Source: Felis catus
Lineage: Eukaryota
DNA: 64,000 bases
Assembly (NCBI RefSeq): GCF_018350175.1
Contig: NC_058383.1
Location: 2,790,001-2,854,000 of the forward strand
Direction of reading: 5' to 3'
Shown here: piece after piece, positions 24,967 through 35,367 of the stretch
How the letters are laid out: each line of letters begins with the position of its first letter
How positions within the stretch are numbered: position 1 is the stretch's first letter
Notes under the pieces: generated by a model
Databases searched by the model: none
Seen by the model: only the letters and a program-made list of their open reading frames with translations
What the model was told of the DNA's origin: nothing
Translations under genes and position numbers: made by a program

Positions 24967-25371
24967 TATATAAACCACTGCTGAAGATGGCTGTTGAAAC
25001 AAACTTTGCATTTTTGTGTGCTTTAAAACACGTCGAGAATATGCGAGAAGCTAGTGCTGTGTTGATGGTCCCGTTTTGTCACCTGCTCCAGTGCTGTGGC
25101 TGCATCGCCACCACCCGGCCTGCTGGGTCCTGGAGCAGTGGGACAGTGCCTTAGCAGGGCCCCGCCCCAAAGGAACAGAAGAGTGTTCTCAGGAAATTGT
25201 GAGCCCACTAGGGGTGAGCGGAGGCGTTCCTTTGGGGAATTGCCATATTGGAAATGGTTCTCCCTATGTGTTATATGACGCATTTGACACGGAGGAGCAA
25301 GTCAGTATGTTTGAACAGCTAGGCCTCCAGTTGCCATTTATAGACTGTGTTGAAGAAACAAAATGGTGAGT
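24967..25371 (+). promoter_or_regulatory. Candidate intronic promoter/enhancer with possible alternative first exon
   Basis: Non-repetitive and CpG-retaining. TATATAAA 24967-24974, YY1-like AAGATGGC 24984-24991, GC box GCCCCGCCCC 25159-25168, CTCF-like CCACTAGGGGTGAGC 25205-25219, donor ATG|GTGAGT at 25365/25366. Motif evidence only. Confidence 0.35.
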
Positions 25372-26483
25372 TGAAAGTCCTATCTGTGGTCGTTCCACTA
25401 AGGTGGAATTTAAAGTGACACTGTAAGAAATTTAATGATGGTCAAAGGATAATAAACATATACCAAAAATCTTAGAAAATGTGTATAGCGTATCTGTTAC
25501 TGTAGTTGTTTCTATATTAAAATAATTTAATGGAAAAACCTCAGTTGAATTAGTACTGATTTTCTAAACACTTATGGTGAGACTAATTGTTTACCTTGTA
25601 GTACCTGATACTTGTTACTATTTGTTACTTAAACTTTGAACCTACTCTTTGTCCCACCTACTGGTGGGTTCTCTTAATTTGTATTTTAATTTCCTAATCT
25701 GGTCTCTTCCTTCCTTGTTTTTTTCCCCCCCATTTCCTGTACCTTCTGTGTCCATCCTTTGCCTGCTTTTTGATTGATTCTGTTTAAATCTACAAGTGGA
25801 TTGTCTTATTTACTGACAAATGTCATAAACAGTTTCAAATAGGATAAGTGCAAAATGTGTTTCCAGATGAACTTGCCTGTAGCTGAAACTGTTGGCCAGA
25901 ATCGTCCTTTGGTCATGCAAAGTATATAAGCTCTTTTGTATTTTTACTAGACAAAAATTATAATTTTTGATTAGTACACCTGAGCAGGTTTTTTAATCTC
26001 AGTTTCAAAATGACTAGCGAATTTTTCAGGATGATGATTTAAAATGCTGTACTGATAATAGATACCAAAAGTAAGCGATATGTACAAACTTGTGGAATCT
26101 ATGGCTTTCTGTCTAGAATGGTTTTTCTTGTATCTTCTGGTTCTTTTAAAAAAACCTGTTTTAAGTATTCTAGGTGTATACCTTGGAGCAGATTAATTTT
26201 TCAATGGCAGTCCTCCTCTTCCCTACATTGAGTTATGTCTTGGTAGTACTCTTTATTGCAAACACTCAGACCTAAAGGACTTAAGGTTTATTACTGCAAT
26301 TTTAGAGCAGGATGCAAAAGAAAGGAAAGGAAAAGAAGTTTCCTTACTGAAGGGACCTAGTTGTAATAGCATTCTGATCTGAGGACTGCACTGTGATAAA
26401 TAACTCTTACTGTAGAATCTGGATGAAATTAACCCTGGGAGAGTGTATGTATCCCTGAGGCATTAGGTGGCTGATTATGATTT

Positions 26484-27006
26484 GGTGTAAACTGTTCTGA
26501 TACAGTGGAATGCCCAGATGTGTGTGTGAGCTGAGTGTAATCTGTTTTCAAATGGAGTGCACAGATGTGTGTGAGCTGAGTGTAAATGATCTGTTTTCAT
26601 ACGGTGGAATGCACATGTGTGTGAGCTGAATGTAATTGAGCAGTGTTTTCACATGGTGGAGTGCACATGTGTGTGTGAGCTGAGTGTAATCTGTTTTCAC
26701 ACAGTGGAGTGCACAGGTATGTGTGAGCTGAGTGTAATCTGTTTTCACACAGTGGAGTGCACAGGTATGTGTGTGTGAGCTGAGTGTAATCAGTGTTTTC
26801 ACACAGTGGACTGCACAGGTGTGTGTGTGGGCTGAGTGTTTTTGATCAATGTTTTCACACGATAGAGTGCACAGGTGTGTGAGCTGAGTGTAATTGATCT
26901 GTTTTCACATGGAGTGCACAGGTGTGTGTGTGAGCTGAGTGTAATTGAGCAATGTTTTCACACGGTGGAGTGCGCAGGTGTGTGTGTGTGTGAGCTGAGT
27001 GTAATT
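26484..27006. repeat. Minisatellite/VNTR, about 10-11 units of about 45-60 bp
   Basis: Unit consensus GAGCTGAGTGTAAT(tgat)CTGTTTTCACACAGTGGAGTGCACAGGT(GT)n. The anchor G(A/G)GCTGA(G/A)TGT occurs 10 times. Confidence 0.97.
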
Positions 27007-27249
27007 GCAGCCTGCCTTTACCTTTCCTTGACTGTCTTTTTGAAGACTCTTCTTGGAAAGGATTTATCTAACACCCAGTTAACTCTTACTTGGTAGGATT
27101 TTGGTGATTGTTTGAATATAAATATGCAGTGGCAGAGAATGTATACAAAACCAAATTCATAATATTTTTGGGTTTACTATATCTGAAAAATGCTGTTTTT
27201 CCATATCTTATATCTTTTCAAGCTTCATTAGAATACTAAGGTCTAAAAA

Positions 27250-27450
27250 CTTTTTTCAACGTTAATTATTTTGAGAGAGCTCGTGAGTGAGCAGTGAGGG
27301 GCGGTGCAGAGAGAGGGAGAGAATCCCATGCAGGTTGTACACTGTTAGCACAGAATCCGCTGTGGGGCTTGATCCCACAAACCTTGAGATCATGACATGA
27401 GCCAAGATTAAGAGTTGGACATTTAACCCATTGAGCCACCCAGATGCCCC
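27250..27450 (-). mobile_element. CAN-SINE (older subfamily)
   Basis: gaatcccatgcaggttg...gagccacccagatgcccc. Confidence 0.93.
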
Positions 27451-27483
27451 TAAGCCTGAGAATGTTTTTTTGAAATGTAATCA

Positions 27484-27706
27484 GGGGCACCTGGTTGGCT
27501 TAGTCAGTTAACAGTCCAACTTTGGCTCAGGTCATGACCTCAATGGTTTGTGAGTTCAAGCCCCACTTCGGGCTCTGTGCTGACAGCTCAGAGCCTGCAG
27601 CCTGCTTCAGATTCTGTGTCTCCCTCTCTGCCACTCCCCCATGTTTGTGTGCTCACACACTCTCCTCAAAAGTAAAAAACAAAAAAAAAACATTAAATTT
27701 TTTTAA
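27484..27706 (+). mobile_element. CAN-SINE
   Basis: ggggcacctggttggcttagtcagttaa...gacagctcagagcctgcagcctg...A tail. Confidence 0.95.
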
Positions 27707-28888
27707 TTACAGTTTTTTCTTTTTAGACTTCTGAAGGAATACACAAGATTTAGAATGCATTAACGCTTTGCAGTGTGAAATATTGAAACATATAACTAAG
27801 GAAAACAATATTGATTGAGAATTGCAGGAATATACAACCAGTTTTTTTTTTCTTGGAAGACATTTTCCTGTACCATCTAAAAGGTACTTGTGGGGACTGT
27901 TATCATCCTTTTCTTTGACAGTTCTCCATGCTTATTTTGCTAGACTTCTAAGAACTTGGATAACTTTAGGAAATATTTGTAACTCGTCATCTAAATTTTC
28001 TTTACTCATTTAAATTATTTTGAGATAATGGTACATTACAGAGAGATACTCCGCCTTTTTTTTTTTTTTTTTAACCAAGTTTCTCTCAATGGTACCATCT
28101 TGACAACTATAGAACAATATCCTATCCAGGATGCTGACATTGATACAGTCAGGATTGAGAACATGCCCATTGCAAGGATTCTTCTTGTTACCCCCTCTAG
28201 CCACACACATTTTCCTTCTGCTGCCCTCAGCACCACTCCTGGCAACCACTAATACGTTAATATTTTGTCACTTCAAGAATTAGGTACAGGGAGTCATACA
28301 CATCATAGCCATTGGGGTTGTCTTTTTCTGCTCAGCATAATTCTTTGGAGGTTTATTCCAATTGTTGTGTGTATATCACTAATTTCTTTTTATTGTTGAG
28401 TGTGGACCATGCTATTGATGTGTGAGTTTGCTTAACCATTCATCCTCCGAGGGCATCTGAGTTGTTTCATGTTTTGGCTATTACATGTAAAACTGCTCTA
28501 AACTTTTGTGTTGAGGTTTATTTTATTTTTTTGCCAACCTCATTTTTCTGTGACAAAAATGGGCTTAGGGATATAAATGTTAGTTGTATGTTAGATGAAG
28601 GTTTAATGTTTGAGAAACTTTTTCTGAGGTGGCTGTGCCTTTTTATATTGTCAGAAGCATTGTATGAATGATTAGTTTCTCCACATCCTCATCAGCATTT
28701 AGTGTTGTTTTACCTTAGCCATTTTGATAGGTGTGTAGTGATACTTCATTTGGATTTTAATTTATATTTCCCTAAGGTTGAACATCTTTTCATTTGCTTG
28801 TTTTTCTCCCATGTGTCCTTTATGGGGAAAAGTCATTCTATATCTTTTGCCATTTTCTAATTAGTCTTCCAGTACTGAGTTTTGAGAG

Positions 28889-29073
28889 TTTTTAAATGTT
28901 TGCTTGTTTATTGAGGGGGGTGCAGGAGGGGGAGAGAGAAACTCAAGCAGATCCCATTCTGTCACCGCAGAGCCTCATATGGGTCTCAGTCCCACGAGCT
29001 GTGAGATAATGACCTGAGCTGAAATCAGGAGTCAGATAGATGCTTGACTGACTGAGCCACCCCAGGCATCCCC
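28889..29073 (-). mobile_element. CAN-SINE (older subfamily)
   Basis: gtgagataatgacctgagctgaaatcaggagtc...gagccaccccaggcatcccc. Confidence 0.9.
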
Positions 29074-29594
29074 AAAAGTTCTTGATAGATTTTAAATACT
29101 AGTGTTTTGTCAGCTATGTGGTTCACAAATATTTCCTCCCACTGTATAGGCTCTTTTCATCCTTGTAACAGGGTCTTTTGTAGAGCAAAAGTTTAATTTT
29201 GGTGAAATTGAATTAATCAATTTTCCTCTTCTGGATCATGCTTTTGGTGTCAAGTCTAAGAACTTGTTGCCTAGCTATAAATCCTGAAGATTTTCTCCTA
29301 TATTTCTTTCTCCTAAAGTTTTAGAGTTTTCTGTTTCACGTTAAAGTCCATGATCCGTTTAGAGTTAATTTTTGTATATTGTTGAGGTTCAGTTTTCCAC
29401 CTGTGGATGTCCATTTGTTTCAGCACCATTTGTTGAAAGGTTTTTTTTTTTTTTTTCCTCCTCTCATCAAATTGCTTTGTACCATGACAGAGATCAGTTG
29501 GGATACATTTGCCAGTCTGTTTTCTACTTTGTTTCATTGATCTATGTGTCTATGAACCAATATTATACAATCTTTGGTTACTGTAGCTATATAA

Positions 29595-30660
29595 TTTTTT
29601 TTTCAAGTTAACATACAGTGTAGTCTTGGCTTCAGGAGTAGAACCCAGTGGTTTATCTCTAGCATATGACAACCAGTGCTCATTCTGAAAAGTGCCCTCC
29701 TATTAATGCCTGTCAACCATTTAATACCTCCTTCCCTACAACACTCATTTTATATGTATTTAAGAGTCTCTTATGGTTTGCCTCCCTCTGTTTTTAATCT
29801 CTTTATTTCCCTTTCTCTGTGTTCATCTGTTGAGTTTCTCATACTCCATCTATGAGTGAAATCATGTATCTGTCTTTGACCTATTTCCCTTAGCATGATA
29901 CTCTCCATTTGTATCCACATGGTACAGATAGCAAGATGTCATTCCTTTTCATTGCTGGGTAGTTTTCCATTGTTTATATATACCACATCTTTTTAATTTT
30001 CATCAGTTGATGGACATTTGGGCTCTTTCCTTAATTTGACTATTGATAGTGCTGCTAGATGGGAGACAGGAAACCATCAAAATCCTACAGGAGAAAACAG
30101 GCAGCAACCCCTTTGATCTAGGCTACAGCAGCAACTTCTTACTTGACATGTCTCTGGAGACAAAGGAAATAAAAACAAAGATGAACTATTGGGACTTCAT
30201 CAACATAGCAAAGGAAACAATAAAACTAGAAGGCAACCAACGGAATGGAAAAAGATACTTAGAAATTACATATCAAATAAAGATTTAGTATCCAAAATCT
30301 GTAAAGAACTTACCAAACACAACACCCAAATAAACAAAAATCCAGTGAAGAAATGGGCAGAAGACATAAATAGGTACTTTTCCAAAGAAGACACTTGAAA
30401 AGATGCTCAGCGTCACTCATCAGGGAAATACAAATCGAAACCACAATGAAATACCACCTCACACCTGTCAGAATGGCTAAAAGTAACTCAGGAAACAACA
30501 GATGTTGGTGAGCATGCGGAGAAAGGGGAACCCTTTTGTGCTGTTGATGGGAATGCAAAGTGGTGCAGCCACTCTAGAGAGCAGTATGGAGGTTCCTCAG
30601 AAAGTTAAAAATAGATCTACCCTTCGACCTAGCAATTGCACTATTAGGAATTTATCCAAA
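29595..30660 (-). mobile_element. Carnivore L1 insertion with 5' inversion (twin priming)
   Basis: 29595-30057 is the antisense 3' end with a T tail. 30058-30660 is ORF2 in sense orientation ([33 protein letters not shown]). Confidence 0.88.
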
Positions 30661-31913
30661 GCATAAATAGTACGTTTTAAAATAATATATTGATTATTCC
30701 TGCTTCGTTTTCAAAAATGTTCTAGCTATTCTTGTTCCTTTGCATTTCCATATAAACTTTAGAATACTCTTTATATCTACAAAATATCTTCCTGGACTTT
30801 TGGTAGGAATTGCATTAAATCCTTAGATCAATTTTGAGATACTTGACATCTATACTGTGTGGTTTTCCAATTCATGAACATGGTATGTGTCTCCATTTGT
30901 TTACCTCTTGTTTTATCAGCATTTTTTAGTTTTTGGCACACAAGGCCTGTACAAGGCCTGTATATTATTCAATTTTTCTTTGAACAGTTACAAATAATAT
31001 TTTCAACTTTTGTGTCCGTGTGTTCATTGCTAGCATATAAAATTTTTATGTATTAATCTTATTTCTTGTAACCTTGCTGATCACACACACTGCTTCATTG
31101 TAAATCTAAAGCCATTGCACTTGAAGAAGGCAGAAAGGGAACTGGAGTAACTTAAACAGTAGATTGCTAGAGAATGGTGGTGATGGAAATGCCTCTTGAT
31201 TTTAAGGACTTTGAAGGCTTCACATATGTCACTCATTGTCACTTGGGAAATGCCACTTTTCATCTTGTACTTTAAGACCTGAAGCCAGCATTGTCCCCAA
31301 GAAGCCCTGGTTTCTTTTAGAGCCACAGCATGTTCCCATACCAAGATATGGGTGCTATTGCATTAGGAGGCCATTGCTTTAAAACTCTTTGCATAGTCAG
31401 AGCTAGGAGGTGAAAATAGAGTTCACATTGATATTTCACAGTCAAATTTAATAGCAGATTTTTCTCTTATTTCACTTTATATTTCTTTCCTTCTTATACT
31501 GAAAATATTGGTTTCTTAATATTACCTATTAACTCTCAGTTCCATTTCTAACCCATTCACTCCTTACTAGTGTTCCTCCATTTGTATCTTATTTTTTTGT
31601 AAAAATAAGCAAATGCATATTTATTTTTACCTTTCTTAAACAAAAGATGTTATCCACCTGGCTTTTTTTATTTCCCAATATATCCTGGAGATTACCCTGT
31701 AATAGTACATAGAGCTTTTCCTCCTTTTTATAGCTGCATAAGTACTGCATAATTTTGCATATGTAATTTTATTAGATAATGCAAGATTCCCCTTTATAGG
31801 AATTTTGCTTTTTGCTCTTATCAATAGTGTTTGTGATTTTCAGTTTCTTTTCAGTCTTGCCAAGAGAGAGTGGATTTTTTCCAGATAGGTGAGAAGTGGT
31901 GTCTCAGGGTAGT

Positions 31914-32087
31914 ATTTTATTTTATTTTTTAATTTTAGTTGGGGGGAGAGAGAGAGACAGGCAGACCCTCAAGCAGGCTCTACACCCAGCACTGAACCTG
32001 ATGAGGGCTGCATGCTGCTACTCCAGGATCATGACCTGAGCCAAAATCAAGTCGGTTGCTCAACCAGGTGAGCTACCTAGGCGCCCC
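31914..32087 (-). mobile_element. CAN-SINE (older subfamily)
   Basis: TSD tcagggtagt / tcagtgtagt. Confidence 0.9.
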
Positions 32088-32143
32088 TCAGTGTAGTTTT
32101 AATTTACATACACTTCTCTAATGAGTATAGTTGAACATCTTTT

Positions 32144-32811
32144 TTATTTCAAGTTTTTTTTTTTTTTTTAATTCTAGTTAGTTGACACATAGGGTAAAAT
32201 GGCTTCTGGTGTAGAGTTCAGTGATTCATCACTTAACTACAGCACCTTGTGCTCACCATAACAAGTGCCCTCCTTAATTCCCATCATCCATTTAGCCCAT
32301 CCCCAGCCCACCTCCTTCCATCAACCTTCAGTTCTCTAAGAGTCTCTTAGGATTTGCTTCCCCCTTTTTCTTCCCCCTTCCCCTATGCTCATGTTTTTGT
32401 TGGTTAAATTTGACATGAGTAAAATCATACGGTATTTGTCTTTCTCTGACTTACTTCGCTTAACATAATACACTCTAGCCCCATCCATGTTGTTGCAAAT
32501 GGCAAGATTTTATTCTTTTTGATGGCTATATTCCATTGTATGTATGCCTTATCTGTTTTTAAATTTTTTAAGTATATTCATTCGTTTTGAAAGAGAGAGG
32601 GAAGGAGGGAGGGAGTCTCATGCAGGCTCTGCACAGACAGCATGGAGTGGGGCTTCAACTTATAAGCTGTTGAGGTCATGACCTTAGCTGAAATCAAGAG
32701 TAGGATCCTTAACTGACTGAGCCACCCAGGAGCACCTGTACCATATCTTCCTTACCCATTGGTCAGTTACTGGATGGTTTGGCTCTTTCCGTAATTCGGC
32801 TATGGATGATG
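32144..32811 (-). mobile_element. Short 5'-truncated carnivore L1 (3' UTR) carrying a nested SINE
   Basis: T tail, aagtgccctccttaat, gcaaatggcaagatttt. TSD agttga(a/g)catctttt at 32129-32143 and 32812-32826. Confidence 0.9.
32556..32736 (-). mobile_element. CAN-SINE nested in L1
   Basis: gctgaaatcaagagtagg...gactgagccacccaggagcacc. Confidence 0.9.
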
Positions 32812-33390
32812 AGTTGAGCATCTTTTAAAAGGTCTGTGGGCTTTTCTCTTCCGTCAGCTGTTGGTTCATGTCTTTTGCCTCTTGGTCTCTCGGGTTTTGG
32901 GTACTTCCTGGATTGTTAAAGAAAGAAGAATATTGTGTCCTCAGAAAAAGAAATGTGAATATTATATCCCAGGTTGCCATTTGTCTTACGATTTGATTTT
33001 TGGATGGACAAGTTTTAAAAAATCTTAGTTGTTATTTTATATGCTCTAGCTCTTTGTGCACACAATCTATGTAGCTGGGTTTAAGAAGTTAGGAGTTACC
33101 TTTCATGTTCACATTCTCTAACTGGTCACCGCTTTGGGCCATATTTCCAACCAGCTACTGCTAACAGTGTGTTATTCCAGGTCCTATGTTGATTAATCTT
33201 CTCACCATATAGCACAAAATCACACAATGACATTACTGGTGTTTTTTTTTTTTTTTGTCTGTTCTAAACTTGTCATTTGTAAAATGGTTGCTTGGTGATG
33301 TTATTTAATTTTGTAGAATTGAATTCATGGTCTTTCTTTTCTTTGTAATTAATATCCATAATCTGTGTTCCTTTGGTCTCTTGTGTAGAC

Positions 33391-33632
33391 TAGGAGATTT
33401 CATTCTTTTTCTGTAAAGGACCAGGAGTAAATATTATAGATTCTGCAGGGTGTATAATCTTTGTCACAATTATTCAGATTTGTTGTTAGAACATAAAAGC
33501 AGCCTTAGACACTATGTAAACAAATGGATGTAGCTGTGTCCCAGTTAAATTTTATTAACAAACACAGGCAAGTTGAGTGGAGACAGGAGAGTGTGCATAT
33601 TTGGGTCATGGGGCATAGTCTGCTGAACCCTG
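33391..33632 (+). mobile_element. MER58A (hAT-Charlie MITE)
   Basis: tttttctgtaaaggaccaggagtaaatatt...aaagcagccttagacactatgtaaac...tagtctgctgaaccctg. 8-bp TSD gtgtagac / gtctagac. Confidence 0.88.
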
Positions 33633-35199
33633 GTCTAGACCATTATATTTGAACTCCCCTTTGAATGGTTTAAATGCCTATTTCTTTGCTGTTCTTGGGA
33701 GTAAATTTAATATCACTCACCTAACTCTAAGCTTGGATAATTGAGTCACGTACCTCCTGGGAAATCAGTATATTGTTTGGATGATGATGATTAGATTTTA
33801 TTTACTTTATTTTTAATGTTCACTATTATTACAGCACAAAATGAGTAGATAGGAAAATGTTTTTTCTTAGAAAATGAGAGTAACTAGAACATGCTTAAAT
33901 TCCTGTTACTTGGATACTAAGGCTGCTGACAGTATTGCCTTTAGGATGAACCTTGCAGAAAGGCTTAAACAGGGATACTGTCGCATCATCAGATCTTTTA
34001 TCACTGTCCAAGTGATCATTCCAAGAGAAAATGATTTACAACAGGAAGGAGTACTGTCATATTTTTGCAGCTATATTCTTGTCTTCAGCTAAAGGTAAAC
34101 TTAATAGTAAGGGCTTCTGAGTAACAAAAAATCTGAAACAGATAAAATATGTAAAATTGAGTTAAATATTTACAAATCAGTTTTAAGGCCTGATCATTTC
34201 TAGGCATTACAAATAGAAGAAAGTGGTCTTAAGTTGCTCCTTTCCTGAAAGACAGAGCCTTCAGTGTATCTACTATTGACATCAAAGTTAGTTGTCTTCC
34301 CATTAGGCTACTCTTTAACGGAACATTTATTTATTTAATTTAGTAAATTATGTGTTTAGTAATTTGTTCCAGTCATTAACATATTTTTCTTTTGTTTCTG
34401 TAAAGGTGCCTCTTATTGATGACCTGATTGCTTGCTAAACAGAACAGAGTAGATGGTGGCTGACACCACTTGTGCCATTAGGGCCTGAAATGACTGTCAG
34501 ATTGGCGTTAAATAGTTTAACTGCTGCACAGGGTGGAACAGGTGCTATAGTACATAGACTGCTGTACTGTTTGAGCGTTTAAAAATCACCCTTTGCCTAT
34601 CTCACTTTGTAGGAAACATTTTGGTTCCGAATTTTATCGGGGATTGCAAGACTGATAATCTCCGCTGTATTTCCATCCAGTTTTGATGGTAATGAAGAAC
34701 TGTCAGTTCTTCATAGGGGGTAGAGGACCCTGAGTGCAGTTGATAATTTGAGAAGTAAAGTTGACCAGGAAAGGTTTGGATTATGGAATGGTAGAGCTGA
34801 AGGGATAACCAGTAAGGATAGCAGCAGGCAGCGGCACTGGAACAGTTAAGGACTTGCTGAGTCTGTTACTTGAATGCAGAGCATGTGCCGTTTGGGCCTT
34901 GCCATGCATCTCTTCCCTCTATTCAGTGTTTCCCCTTTGAAGGGAAAAGCAGCCTGATAGGACATGGCATCTTGTTTATGTCTTACCGCTATTTCTAACC
35001 TTTCTGGGTTGCTGTTAATGTAAATCATTTGGAACAGTGCTTGACATGTCTAAGAGCTGAATACAATTTGATTGCTATTAAATAATATAGATACTTCTCC
35101 CTGTTGTGCATATAAGAGTCAAGAAGTCTTTGTAATTCTGTGAAATTGTGATTTCCCAGATTGTTCTATCTCCTTGCTCTCTGCTGCTTCATTTAATAA

Positions 35200-35367
35200 T
35201 GTAAATAAAGTTTTATTGACACACTGATGCCCATTTGTCCACATATTGTCTATAGCTGTTTTCATTCTACAGTGGCCGAGTTGTATGGATGTGACAGAGA
35301 TTATATGACCTGCAAGTCCATAAGTATTTGCTCTATGGGTGTTACCGGAAAAACTTGCTAACCCCTG
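35200..35367 (-). mobile_element. MER58 fragment
   Basis: gtaaataaagttttattg...catattgtctatagctg...aaaaacttgctaacccctg. Confidence 0.85.

Larger units (their letters stand above)
28010..31080 (-). mobile_element. Old L1MC/MD-type LINE-1 3' region, interrupted by a SINE and a younger L1
   Basis: ccaggatgctgacattgatacagtcagg is the 3' UTR motif. ORF2 3' DNA (ttttggtgtcaagtctaagaac, cagcaccatttgttgaaagg) resumes after 30660 (tttgcatttccatataaactttagaat). Confidence 0.85.
31200..33030 (-). mobile_element. Ancient L1MC4/L1ME-type 3' fragment, interrupted
   Basis: ccaagaagccctggtttctttta...ccaagatatgggtgct...cagagctagga; gataggtgagaagtggtgtctcag; gttggttcatgtcttttgcc. Confidence 0.7.

Noticed and set aside
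26700..26808. CACAGTG heptamers as V(D)J recombination signals
   Set aside because: No ACAAAAACC-like nonamer at 12 or 23 nt spacing, and no V, D or J segments nearby.
26484..27006. CRISPR-like array of repeats with variable spacers
   Set aside because: The sequences between anchors are homologous to each other rather than unique spacers, there are no cas genes, and the context is mammalian. It is a minisatellite.
33874..34100. 72-aa ORF or exon bounded by cctttag and aag|gtaaac
   Set aside because: The frames I checked hit stops before the donor, the peptide is unrecognisable and the acceptor is weak.
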